From Squalus acanthias (lineage: Eukaryota), in contig JASTWF010000035.1 of NCBI GenBank assembly GCA_030390025.1, positions 372,001 through 436,000 on the forward strand: a stretch of 64,000 bases of DNA, given 5' to 3'. A model generated the notes under the pieces. That model saw only the letters and a program-made list of their open reading frames with translations, did no database searches and had not been told where the DNA came from. Positions within the stretch are counted from its first letter, which is position 1, and each line of letters starts with the position of its first letter. The translations under genes were made by a program, and so were the position numbers. Shown one piece after another: positions 11,099 to 23,906 of the stretch.

Positions 11099-13517
11099 TC
11101 CATCATCAAGACTGGCACAATAGCACCACTACTGACTGAGCTGGCCGTGAAGGACATAGCTTGCAGACTGGGCCTGCAGCAGGTGGTGAGAGAACCAACA
11201 GGACGGAAAAACCTACTTGACTTTGTCATCACCAATCTACCTGTCGCAGATACATCTGTCATGACGGTATTGGTAGGAGTGACCACTGCACAATCCTTGT
11301 GGAGTCGAAGTCTCATCTTCACACTGAGGACACCTTCCATCATGTTGTGTGGCACTACCACCGTGCTAAATGGGATAGATTCAGAACAAACCTAGGAGCT
11401 CAAAACTTGGCATCCACAAGCCTCTGTGGGTCATCAGCAGCAGCAGAATTGTAATCAACCACAATCTGTAACCTCATGGCTTGGCATACGTCACTGCAGG
11501 ACAGTGTCCTAGGCCCAGCTACCTTCAGCTGCTTCATCAATGACCTTCCCTCTATCATAAAATCAGAAGTGGGGATGGTCGCTGAAGATTGCACAGTGTT
11601 CAGTTCCATTCGCAATTCCTCAGATAATGAAGCAGTCCATGTCCGCATGCAGCAAGACCTGGATGACATTTAGGCTTGGGCTGATAAGTGACGAGTAACA
11701 TTCGTGCCACACAAGTGCCAGGCAATGAACATCTCCAACAAGATAGAGTCTAACCACTTCCCCTTGACATTCAACAGCATTACCATCGCCGAATCCCCCA
11801 CCATCAATATGCTGGGGGTCAGCATTGACTAGAAACTTAACTAGACCAGCCACATAAATACTGTGGCTATAAGAGGCTGGGTATTCTGCGGCGAGTGACT
11901 CGCCTCCAGACACCCCAAAGTCATTCCACCATCTACAAGGCACAAGTAAAGAGTATGATGGAATACTCTCCACTTGTCTGGATGAGTGCAGCTCCAACAA
12001 CACTCGAGAAGCTCGACACCATCCAGGACAAAGCAGCCCACTTGATTGGCACCCCATCCACCACCTTAAACATTCACTCCCTCCACCACCGGCGTAACGT
12101 GGCTGCAGTGTGTACCATCTACAAGATGCACTGCAGCAACTCGCCAAGGCTTCTTCAGCAGCACCTCCCAAACCCCCCACCTCTAACACCTAGAAGGACA
12201 AGGGCAGCAGGCGCTTGGAAACACCACCACCTGCGAGTTCCCCTCCAAGTCACACACCATCCTGACTTAGAAATATATCACCGTTCCTTCATCGTCGCTG
12301 GGTCAAACTCCTGGAACTCCCTCCCTAACAGCACTGTGGGAGTACCTTCACCACACGGACTGTAGCGGTTCAAGAAGGCAGCTCACCACCAGCTTCTCAC
12401 GGTCAACTGGGGATGGACAAAAAATGCTGGCCTTGCCAGCGACGCCCACATCCCATGAATGAATAAAAAATATCCTTCACTCCTCCATCACCATCAAGCC
12501 AGGGGACCAACCCTGGTTCAATGAGGAGTGCAGAAGAGCATGCCAGGAGCAGCACCAGGCGTACCTAAAAATGAGGTGCCAACCTGGGGAAGCTACAACA
12601 CAGGACTACATGCATGCTAAAATGCGGAAGCAGCATGCTATAGACAGAGCTAAGCGATCCCACAATCAACGGATCAGATCAAAGCTCTGCAGTCCTGCCA
12701 CATCCAGTCTTGAATGGTGGTGGACCATTAAACAACTGAGGGGAGGAGGAGGATACACTAACATCCCCATCCTCAATGATGGTGGAGCCCAGCACATGAG
12801 TGCAAAACACCAGACTGAAGCGTTTGCAACCATCTTCAGCCAGAAGTGCCGAGTGGATGATCCATCTCGGCCTCCTCGTGAGGTTCCCCTGTGCCAATCT
12901 TCAGCCAATTCGATTCACTAAATCTAGTCATTTATGGGCTGGCAGCAGTAAAAAAATGACCATGAAAACTTTCGGATTGTTGTAAAAACCTAACGGGATC
13001 ACGACTGTCTCACGGGGAAAGAAACCTGCCACCCCGATTGGTTGACTCTTAGCAAGGCACTCAGTTGTAAAAATGATCAGTGGCGATCTTTAACAGTTAC
13101 ACTTGTGTGAAGCACCTTGGGACCTTTTTTCTACGATAAGGGCACTATATTAACGCCAGTTGTTATTGTCATTGTTATTACGAGGCCCCCACAGGACCCA
13201 TTGCCTTCTTAACGTAATAACTGCCCGTGTTACGCACATCCCAAGAACGCATTAAAAAAAACTTTTAGTGTGCACTTGCTGCAGAGGGACGTGGGATTTA
13301 AGGTGATGGTCCCCTTCTCAGGACTCTGCATGATCCCCATTTCTGTGACATTGCCCCTTTAACAAATCTAAACTTTCTTTGCAGTTCATAAACAATAGTT
13401 TGAGATCCAAAAAAAGTTTCCAAACAAGTTACCGGTCAAACCGGTATGTTTGGAAAATATTCAAAGTACAATCAGTTGGACTCTGTACTCTGCCTCAGTT
13501 GAAATAATCCTGGCATC

Positions 13518-13695
13518 ATGGAGCTGTCTCTGCTCACCTCCCTGCTCATTTCACTCGCCTCTCACCCTGTTTGGCTCATCGTTTCAGTTGTCCTGTATCT
13601 CGTTGTCCGGTTGCAAAGGAGAGGATGGTGGAGACCGAGAAAGTGTCCAGTGGATCTCACTGGGAAAACGGCCATTGTCACTGGAGCTAACACAG
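13518..13695 (+). CDS. RDH11/12/DHRS13-like short-chain dehydrogenase/reductase, copy 1, exon 1
   Basis: ATG at 13518; hydrophobic N-terminal anchor; ends CPVDLTGKTAIVTGANT-G (start of the TGxxxGIG Rossmann motif); donor ACAG|gtaag, phase 1. Confidence 0.9.
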
Positions 13696-13831
13696 GTAAG
13701 AGTCTGCAGCAGTTTGGCTCAGTCAGTAACACTCCCCCTCCCTCTGAATCAGAAGGTCACGGGCTCAAGCCCCACTCGAGAGCTTCAGCCCCATAATCCA
13801 GGCTGACCTTTCAGTGCAGTACGGAGGGAGT

Positions 13832-16800
13832 CACTGAACGGCTGCAGGGCATTCTGAAGGGGGAGAGCGAACAGTCAGAGGTCATGGTTCACATTGGTAC
13901 CAACGACATGGGTAGAAAGAGGGATGAGGTCCTGCAACAAGAATTTAGGGAACTAGGTAGCAGATTAAAAAGTAGGACCTCAAAGGTTGTAATCTCTGGA
14001 TTACTCCTGGTGCCATGTGCTAGTGAGTATAGGAATAGGAGGATAGAGCAGATGAATGCGTGGCTAAAGAGTTGGTGCAGGAGGGAGGGCTTTAGTTTCC
14101 TGGATCACTGGGTCTGTTTCTGGGGAAGGTGGTACCTGTACAAGTCGGATGGGTTGCACCTGAACCGGAACGGGACCAACATCCTTGCGGGGAGGTTTGC
14201 TAGTGCTGTTGGGGGGGGGGGTTTAAACTAACTTGGCAGGGGGATGGGATATGGAGTGGAGCTATAGTAGAGGGTGATGCACAGCCAAATATAGAGGAAA
14301 AAACAAGTCAGTCTGGAAGGCAGAGCAAATATGTAACAGGACAAGGGAGTATGGCAAGGCTAGATGGCATTTATTTTAATGCAAGGATTCTTACGAGTAA
14401 GGCAGATGAATTGAAGGTGTTGATGAACACATGGGAGTATGATATTGTTACTATCACAGAGACATGGTTGAGGGAGGGGCAGGACCGGCAGCTCAATATT
14501 CCGGGGTATAGAATCTTCAGGCGAGGCAGAGGGGGGTGTAAAAGAGGAGGGGGTGTCGCAATATTAATCAAGGAGTCAATTACTGCTGGAAGGAGGGATG
14601 ATATCTTAGCAGGTTCCTCTAATGAGGCCATATGGGTAGAACTTAAAAACAAAAAGTGGGCAAGCACTTTGCTGGGAGTGTACTATCGGCCCCCAAACAG
14701 TCAGGGGGAGATAGAAGAACAGATATGTAGGCAAATCTCAGAGAAGTGTAGAAATAATAGGGTAATAATAGTAGGGGATTTCAACTTCCCCAATATTAAC
14801 TGGGATAGTCAGAGTGTGAAAGGCTTAGAGGGTGCGGAATTCTTAAAGTGCATCCAGGAGAGCTTTTTGAGCCAGCATGTAGAAAGTCCTACAAGAGAGG
14901 GGGCGGTACTGGACCTAATTCTAGGGAATGTAGCCGGGCAAGTGGTAGAAGTGTCAGTAGGAGAGCATTTTGGTGACAGTGAACATAATTCGGTGAGATT
15001 TAAGGTAGTCATGGAAAAGGACAAAGATGGACCAGAAATAAAGGTTCTAAATTGGGGGAAGGCCAATTTTAATATGATAAGGCAGGATCTGGCCAAAGTG
15101 GACTGGGATCAGCTACTTGTAGGAAAATCCACATCAGAGCAGTGGGAGTCATTCAGAAAGGAAATAGAGAGAGTACAGCGCCAACATGTTCCCGTAAAGG
15201 TCAAGGGTGGGACCAACAAGTCCAGGGAACCCTGGATGTCAAGGGATATACAAGAATGGATTAGGAAAAAAAGGGAGGCTTTTGGCAGATACAAAGGCCT
15301 AAAAACAGTGGAAGCCCTAGAGGAGTATAGAACGTACAGGGGGGTACTTATAAAAGACATTAGGAGAGCGAAGAGGGGGCATGAAAAAGCACTGGCGGGC
15401 AGAATAAAGGAAAATCCCAAGGTGTTTTATAAGTATACTAAGGGCAAGAGGATAACCAGGGAAAGAGTAGGGCACATTAGGGACCAAAGTGGCAATCTGT
15501 GTGTAGAGCCGGAAGATGTAGGTGAGGTTTTAAATGAATATTTTGCATCTGTGTTCACTATGAAGAAGGACGATGTAGGCATAGAAATCAGGCAGGGGGA
15601 TTGTGATATACTTGAACAAATTAGCATTGAGAGGGAGGAGGTACTAGCGGGTTTAAAAGTGGATAAATCCCCAGGCCCAGACGAGATGTATCCCAGGCTG
15701 CTGTGTGAGGCAAGGGAGGAGATTGCAGGGGCTCTGACACAAATTTTCAGAGCCTCTCTGGCCACAGGGGAGGTGCCAGAGGACTGGAGGACAGCTAACG
15801 TAGTACCATTATTCAAGAAGGGTAGTAGGGATAAACCAGGGAATTACAGGCCAGTGAGCCTAACATCAGTGGTAGGGAAATTATTGGAAAAAATTCTGAG
15901 TGACAGAATTAGTCTCCACTTGGAGATACAAGAATTAATCAAGGATAGTCAGCATGGCTTTGTCAGGGGGAGATCATGTCTAACCAGTTTGATTGAATGT
16001 TTCGAGGGGATGACTTGGTGTGTGGATGAGGGTAGTGCAGTTGATGTAGTCTACATGGACTTCAGTAAGGCTTTTGACAAAGTCCCGCATGGGAGACTGG
16101 TCAAGAAGGTAAGAACCCATGGGATCCAGGGCAACTTGGCACATTGGATCCAAAATTGGCTTAGTGGCAGGAGGCAGAGGGTGATGGTCGAAGGTTGTTT
16201 TTGTGACTGGAAGCCTGTGTCCAGTGGTGTACCACAGGGATCGGTGCTGGGTCCCTTGCTGTTTGTAGTGTACATTAATAACTTAGATATGAATGTAGGA
16301 GATATGATCAGTAAGTTTGCAGACGACACGAAAATTGGTGGAGTGGTAAATAGCGAGGAGGGAAGCCTCAGGCTACAGGATGATATAGACGGGTTGGTCA
16401 AATGGGCAGAACAGTGGCAAATGGAATTTAACCCTGATAAGTGTGAGGTGATGCATTTTGGAAGGACTAACAAGGCAAGGGAATACACAATGAATGGTAG
16501 GACCCTAGGAAGGACAGAGGATGAGAGGGACCTTGGTGTGCATGTACATAGATCCCTGAAGGCAGCAGGACAGGTAGATAAGGTGGTTAAGAAGGCATAT
16601 GGGATACTTGCCTTCATTAGCCAAGGCATAGAATATAAGAGCAGGGAGGTTATGATGGAGCTGTACAAAACGCTAGTTAGGCCACAGCTGGAATACTGTG
16701 TGCAGTTCTGGTCGCCACACTATAGGAAGGATGTGATTGCATTGGAGAGGGTGCAGAGGAGCTTCACCAGGATGTTATCTGGGCTGGAGCGTTTCAGCTA

Positions 16801-17223
16801 TGAAGAGAGACTGGACAGGCTGGGGTTGTTTCCCTTAGAGCAGAGAAGGTGGAGGGGGGACCTGATTGAGGTGTACAAAATTATGAGGGGCATAGATAGA
16901 AAGGAACTTTTCCCCTTAGTAGAGGGGTCAATAACCAGGGGGCATAGTTTCAAGGTAAGGGGCAGGAGGTTTAGAGGGGATTTGAGGAAAAACTTTTTCA
17001 CCCAGAGGGTGGTTGGAATCTGGAACTCACTGCCTGAAAGGGTGGTAGAGGCAGGAACCCTCACAACATTCAAGAAGCATTTAGATGAGCACTTGAAACG
17101 CCATAGCATACAAGGCTACGGACCAAGTGCTGGAAAATGGGATTAGAATAGACAGGGCTTGATGGCCGGCGCAGACACGATGGGCCGAAGGGCCTCTTTC
17201 TGTGCTGTATAACTCTATGACTG
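13832..17223 (+). mobile_element. CR1 LINE (ORF1 esterase C-terminus and intact 931-aa ORF2 at 14351-17146) in intron 1
   Basis: HIGTND and DGLHL in ORF1; APE and RT motifs in ORF2; absent at the equivalent site of copy 2 (~60713). Confidence 0.92.
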
Positions 17224-17601
17224 ACTGGCAGAGGTGCCGTCTTTCGGATGAGACGTTAAACCGATGCCCTGTCGCTGGTTCAGGTGGGTGTTAAAGATCC
17301 CATGACAATATTGGATGAAGAGCAGGGCCAACAATCTCCCCTCAATAAAAACCTTCAAATGCCTGGCATTAAACTCAACAGAACGTATCCCAGCGTTTGG
17401 AAACGAAAGCTGTGAATGAAATTTAAGTTTCCATTGATCCCTTGACTGTGCCTCAAATGTGCCTGCCCAGACCTGTGCAAAACTCAATGCCTCGGATTTT
17501 AGCTGCCATTTGGATTTAACGGCCGCAGCCCGGAATTCCCGGGACTGAGGAAAACCCGGCAGCTAAAGGGAGGCGAGAAGGGCCAGATCCAGCAGGGGGA
17601 T

Positions 17602-18660
17602 ATAAGGAGAGAGAGGGATGTTGTAAAGGAGGGAGAGGGAGGGAAGGAAGTTGTAAAGAGAGAGAGGGAGGGAAGGAAGTTGTAAAGAGAGAGAGGGAGG
17701 GATGTTGTAAGGAGAGAGAGAGGGAGGGAAGGAAGTTGTAAAGAGAGAGAGGGAGGGATGTTGTAAGGAGAGAGAGAGGGAGGGATGTTGTAAAGGAAAG
17801 AGAGAGGGAGGGATGTTGTAAAGGAAAGAGAGGGAGGGATGTTGTAAAGGAGAGAGGGAGGGAGGGATGTTGTAAAGGAGAGAGAGAGGGAGGGATGTTG
17901 TAAAGGAGAGAGAGAGAGGGATGTTGTAAAGGAGAGAGAGAGAGAGGGATGTTGTAAAGGAGAGAGAGGGATGTTGTAAAGGAGAGAGGGAGGGAGGGAT
18001 GTTGTAAAGGAGAGAGAGAGGGAGGGATGTTGTAAAGGAGCGAGAGAGAGGGATGTTGTAAAGGAGAGAGAGAGAGGGATGTTGTAAAGGAGAGAGAGGG
18101 ATGTTGTAAAGAAGAGAGAGAGAGGGAGGGATGTTGTAAAGGAGAGAGGGAGGGAGGGATGTTGTAAAAGAGAGAGAGAGAGGGATGTTGTAAAGGAGAA
18201 AGGGAGGGATGTAAAGGAGAGAGAGGGGGAGGGATGTAAAGGAGAGAGAGAGAGAGAGAGGGATGTTGTAAAGGAGAGAGAGGGATGTTGTAAAGGAGAG
18301 AGAGAGAGAGGGATGTTGTAAAGGAGAGATCATGATGTGGAGATGCCGGCGTTGGACTGGGGTGGACAAAAATGAGAAGTCGCACAACACCAGGTTATAG
18401 TCCAACAGATTTATTTAATTATTTAAAAGCTTGTAAAATTAAATAAATCTGTTGGACTATAACCTGGTGTTGTGCGACTTCTCGTAAAGGAGAGAGAGAG
18501 AGGGGGATGTTGTAAAGGAGAGAGAGAGAGAGGGATGTTGTAAAGGAGAGAGAGAGAGAGGGATGTTGTAAAGGAGAGAGAGAGAGGGGGATGTTGTAAA
18601 GTAGAGAGAGAGAGGGGGATGTTGTAAAGGAGAGAGAGAGAGAGGGATGTTGTAAAGGAG
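17602..18660. repeat. Minisatellite GGATGTTGTAAAG(GA)n in copy 1 intron 1
   Basis: Tandem repeats with a variable GA tract, interrupted at ~18330-18483. Confidence 0.95.
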
Positions 18661-18877
18661 GAGTCCCCCCTCATAGAATCATTAGTACAGCACAGGAGGC
18701 CATTCGGCCCATCGAGTCTGCGCCGGCTCTTTCGAAGAGCAATCCAGTCAGTCCCACTCCCGCTCTTTCCCCATATCCCTGCAGTTTTTTCTCCTTCCAG
18801 TATTTAGCCAGTTCCCTAAAGGAAAAGCGTTGTGTTTTGGAGCTTCATTGCCGTGAGCCTTTTTCCTGTGTGCCCAG

Positions 18878-19117
18878 GGATCGGGAGGTACATCGCTCAG
18901 GACTTTGCCCAGAGAAATGCTCGTGTGATCCTGGCCTGCCGTAGTTTGCAGCGAGGACAGAGAGCGGAGCGAGAGATACGGCGCAGGACGGGGAACAGTA
19001 ACGTTCACCTGCGCATTCTGGACACCAGCTCCATGGAATCGGTGAGGAACTTCACGGAGCGGATTAAGAAGGAGGAGAAACGGCTGGATATCCTTGTAAA
19101 TAACGCAGGCACTACAG
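18878..19117 (+). CDS. SDR copy 1, exon 2
   Basis: Acceptor tgcccag|; GIGRYIAQDFAQRNARVILACRS...RLDILVNNAG (ACR basic residue suggests NADP(H) preference; NNAG motif); donor ACAG|gtaat; phases match. Confidence 0.92.
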
Positions 19118-19931
19118 GTAATGTGCAACAGTGTAGAATAGGGTTTTAATAGGATTGCTTATAAAAATACTATATTGAAATAAAAGTAAATAAGGAACAT
19201 TTTCAATGCAAAATAGATGAATGTAAAGAACATCATAACCTGTATTCCTATAGGTCGCCTCAGCTGTAGGGAGATCATTATGTTAAGGAGAATAATTAGT
19301 TAATATCGTGTGACACGGCCACATCAAATCAACATTTAAACATTTTTAACAATCTATTCTCAGTACCAGAACAGGTTGGAAAACATTCTACTGATAATCT
19401 CTGCAATAATTTCTGGAATGCACTGCCTGACAGGGCGGTGGAAGCAGATTCAATAGTTGTAATCTATGTGGTTCCAACAAATGACGGGCAGAGACACGAT
19501 GAGTGGCAGTCAAGGTGCTTGTTTACTCGGCCAGAGCGGACTGAGCATGCTCACACTAAACCACGTGACAAATCATGTGACAATACATCACACTGCTTTC
19601 CCCTTAAAATAAAATGTACATATTCCCCTCTCAACACAACAAAACTACGGTCCCACCTTTCCCAGCATTACACGTACCACAAAACTAAAACTCCTAGCTT
19701 TTTTTCTTTTAACTCAACTACAAATCCAGTTTAATACCAGGTTTGCGGAGCCTTCCTGATCTCCTTACAGGAGGTTTTGGTGTTGAACCAATTTTCGGGC
19801 TGTTTTGTTCTGGTTCCGAACTCAAAGATGCTCCTGTTTCTATCTCAGATTTGTTTGAACCTGGTACTTCAGTTTCTGAAGTCTGAACTGAGTCAAACTC
19901 ATGTATTTGTTCATGATCAAGTGGTTCAAGA

Positions 19932-21095
19932 TCACAGAGTTAACGTTTCAGGTCTGTGACCCTTCGTCAGAACTGGAAAAAGTTAGGGATGTAACAGGTT
20001 TTAAGCAGGTGCAGAGGCAGGAAAAGGGGGGAGAGGGGAGGAAGGAACTAAAGGGATGGTCTGTGCTAGGGTGGAAGGCAGGAGAGATTAAATGTTGCAA
20101 ATGGGAATGGCAGAATCATCAACAGCTGCCGCCTGAAAAAATGGGGGCAGGGGTTATAGTCTGAAATTGTTGAACTCTATGTTGAGTCCAGAAGACTGTA
20201 AAGGGCCTAGTCGAAAGATGAGGTGCTGTTCCTCGAACTTACGTTGAGCTTCATTGGAACAGTGTAAGAGGACGGTGAGGTCAGAGTGGGAGTGAAGCGG
20301 AGAATTAAAATGACAAGTGACCGGAAGCTCAGGGTCACCCTTACGGACTGAACGGAGGTGTTCCGCAAAGCGGTCACCCAATCTGCGTTTGGTCTCCCCA
20401 GTGTAGAGGAGACCGCATCGTGAGCAGCGAATACAGTATACTAAATTGCAAGAAGTTCAAGTAAATCGCTGTTTCACCTGGAAGGGGTGTTTGGGGCCCT
20501 GGACAGTGGGAAGGGAGGAGGTAAAAGAGCAGGTGTTGCATCTCCTGCGCTTGCACGGGAAGGTGCCGTGGGGAGGGGAGGGGCTGTTGGGGGGGACCCC
20601 GAGCTTTCGGTTGCTTGTCACTTTAATTCTCCGCTCCACTCCCACTCAGACCTCACCATCCTCGGCCTCTTACACTGTTCCAATGAAGCTCAACGTAAGC
20701 TCGAGGAACAGCACCTCATCTTTCGACTAGGCACTTTACAGCCTTCTGGACTCAACATTGAGTGCAACAATTTCAGACTATAACCCCTGCCCCCATTTTT
20801 TTCAGGCGGCAGCTGTTGATGATTTTGCCATCCCCATTTGCAACTTTTAATCTCTCCTGCCTTCCACCCTAGCACAGACCATCCCTTTAGTTCCTTCCTC
20901 CCCTCCCCCCCTTTCCCTGCCCCTACAGCTTCTTAAAACCTGTTACATCCCTAACTTTTTCCCAGTTCTGACGAAGGGTCACAGACCTGAAACGTTAACT
21001 CTGTTCCTCTCTCCACGGATGCTGCCTGACCGGCTGAGTGTTTCCAGCATTTTCTGTTGTTATTTCGGATTTCCAGCATCCGCAGTATTTTGCTC
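19932..21095. mobile_element. Penelope-like element with inverted arrangement (minus arm ~19932-20597, plus arm ~20598-21095)
   Basis: GIY-YIG C-terminal fragments on both strands; the arms are reverse complements over ~400 bp. Confidence 0.8.
20961..21003 (+). ncRNA. Minimal hammerhead ribozyme motif in a Penelope-like terminus
   Basis: CTGACGA (20968-20974), stem aggtc/gacct, GAAA (20989-20992), palindromic AACGTT stem III. Confidence 0.65.
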
Positions 21096-21383
21096 TTGGT
21101 TCAAAATCATGTCTTGGTTCATCTCTAGCAGAGATCATTTGATCTACATGAACACTTCGGATGTTGTCACCAATTTCAACCAAGTATCTCTTGGTTCCAC
21201 CAACCTCTCCTCCGGTTCCTATATCCCACTTGTGTGAACTTGACTTTCCGGGGGACTGAGAACACGAACACACTCGTTTTGTCTGAAATTGCCGTCATAA
21301 TAACGTTCCTGACTCAACTGTTTCTGTTCAACTCTTGAGGCCAAATTTGGTTGAACAAGACTCAATCATAGAAACATAGAACA

Positions 21384-22211
21384 ATAATGTGGACAAGTGC
21401 GAAGTTATCCACCTTGGGTGCAGGAACGGGAGGGCAAATTATTATTTAAATGGCAATAAATTGGGAGAGGGGGAAGTACAGAGAGACCTGGGTGTTCTTG
21501 TACACCAGTCACTGAAGGCGAGCATACAGGTGCAACAGGCGGTCAAGAAGGCAAACGGTATGCTGGCCTTCATAGCAAAAGGGTTGGAATACAGGAACAG
21601 GGATACCTTGCTGCAGCTGTACAGGGCACTGGTGAGACCACACCTCGAGTACTGTGTACAGTTTTGGTCGCCTCATCTGAGGAAAGATGTTCTTGCCATG
21701 GAGGGGGTGCAGCGGCGATTCACCAGGCTGATACCAGGAATGGCGGGATTGACCTATGAGGAGAGACTATGTAGTTTAGGGATGTACACACTGGAGTTTA
21801 GAAGATTGAGAGGGGACCTCATAGAAGTGTATAAAATTCTGACAGGTCTAGACAGACTAGATGCAGAAGGAATGTTTCCCTTGGCGGGTGAGAACAGAAC
21901 TAGAGGACATAATTTAAGGATAAGGGCTAAACCATTTAGGACAGAAATGAGGGGGAATTTCTTCACTCAGAGGGTGGTGAACCTGTGGAACTCATTGCCA
22001 CAGAGGGCAGTGTACGCCAGCTCATTAAATATATTTAAGAGGGAATTAGATATATTTCTACAGGCAAAAGGGGTTAAGGGTTACGGAGAGAAGGCGGGGA
22101 CGGGATACTGAATTGGAGGATCAGCCATGATCTCATTAAATGGCGGAGCAGGCTCGAAGGGCCGGATGGCCTACTCCTGCTCCTATCTTCTATGTATCTA
22201 TGTATCTATGT
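21384..22211 (+). mobile_element. 5'-truncated CR1, nearly identical to 8025-8848
   Basis: The 240-aa translation differs from the 5799-8750 ORF2 C-terminus at one internal residue (ASIQ vs ASMQ). Confidence 0.9.
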
Positions 22212-22519
22212 AATAGGAGCAGGAGTCGGCCGTTCGGCCCTTCGCGCCTGCTCCGCCATTCAATATGATCATGGCTGATCCTCTATCTCAATACCATATT
22301 CCCGCTCTCTCTCCTTGATGCCTTTTGTGTCTAGAAATCTATCTATCTCCTTCTTGGGAGGTGTTCTCAACCTCCTCTTCATCAAGAGTTCTGCTGGGGT
22401 ATGTCCATTTGGAGTGTGCGGAGTAGTTCTGTACTTCAGCAAGAAATTTGCGAAACGTTGCTTCATGCTGAGTCCCGAAGAACCCTGCCACACTTGCTTT
22501 TTGAGAGCTTCTTTTACTA

Positions 22520-23900
22520 TTCACCTCAACCGAGCCGGGACCAATATTCTCGCGGGGAGGTTTGTTAGTGCTGTTGGGGAGGGTTTAAACTAACTTGGCA
22601 GGGGGATGGGCACCAGTATATAGGAGTAGAAAAGAGGAAGAAGGTGCGTAAAAGAGTGAGTGTGTTGGATAGTACTAGAGGCGGTAGTAGTACCATATTA
22701 GAAAGGAGCAGACTAAGAAAGACTATGAAAAATTGAAAAATGGGTTTCGAATGCATGTACATAAACACACAAAGTGTGGTGAATAAGGTTGGCGAGCTAC
22801 AAGCACAATTAGCCGTGTGGCAATATGATGTTGTGGCAATAATGGAAACGTGGCTTAAAAACGGTGAAGACTGGGTACTTAATATTCAAGGGTACAAGGT
22901 GTTCAGAAAAGATAGGGAAGGAAAAAAGGGAGGTGGGGGGGGCCAGTGCTGATTAAGGAAGACATTGTAGTGTTGGAAAGGGAGGATGTTCTTGAGGGGA
23001 CAAGGACCGAATCCATTTGGTTAGAGTTGAGGAGCAAAAAGGGTATGATCACGCTATTGGGGGTATTCTACAGGCCTCCAAATAATGAGAGGGAGGTAGA
23101 GGAGCAAATCTGCAGGGAAATCGCAGAGATATGCAAGAGCTATAGAGTGGTGATATTGGGGGACTTTAATTACCCAAATATCGATTGGGATAATGCTAGA
23201 GTAAAGGGAAAGTAGGGGGAGGAATTTCTGAAATATGTTCAGGAGAATTTCCTTGACCAATATGTTCCAGGCCCAACTAGGAAGGAGGCATTGCTGGATC
23301 TGGTGCTGGGGAATGAGGTGGGCCAGGTCGACCAACTGTCTGTGGGAGAACACTTGGGTACGAGTGATCATCGTATCATAAGATTTAGATTAGCAATGGA
23401 GAGGAGCAAGGAACAATCTAGAGTGGAACTTCTAAATTGGAATAGGACTAACTTCAATGGGATGTGAAAGGATCTAGCCAGGGTAAAATGGAACCAAAGA
23501 CTGACAGGAAAAATGTAATGGAACAATGGGTGATCTTTAAGGGGGAGATGTTCCAAGTACAGGCTAGGTACATTCCAACAAGAGGGAAGAGTAAGGGAAC
23601 CAAAGCAAGGGCTCCTTGGATGATGAGGGAGATAGAGAAGATGATGAAACAAAAAAAGAGGGTGTATGATGAATGTCAGGTGAATTCTTCAAGGGAGAAC
23701 CAGACCAAATACAATAAATTGAGAGGGGATGTGAAGATGAAAATAAGATTGGCAAAGAGAGAATATGAGAGTAGAATGGCAGTTATCATAAAAGGGAACC
23801 CAAAAATCTTCTACCAGCATATAAACAGTAAGCGGACAGTAAGAGGCGGGGTGGGGCCTATTAGAGACAAAGAAGGTGATATATGCTGAGAGGCGCAGGG
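22520..23900 (+). mobile_element. Decayed CR1 5' fragment (ORF1 end and endonuclease)
   Basis: HLNRAGTNILAGRF...GLN*; METWL, YRPP, GDFN motifs with stops and frameshifts. Confidence 0.82.
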
Positions 23901-23906
23901 CAAGGC

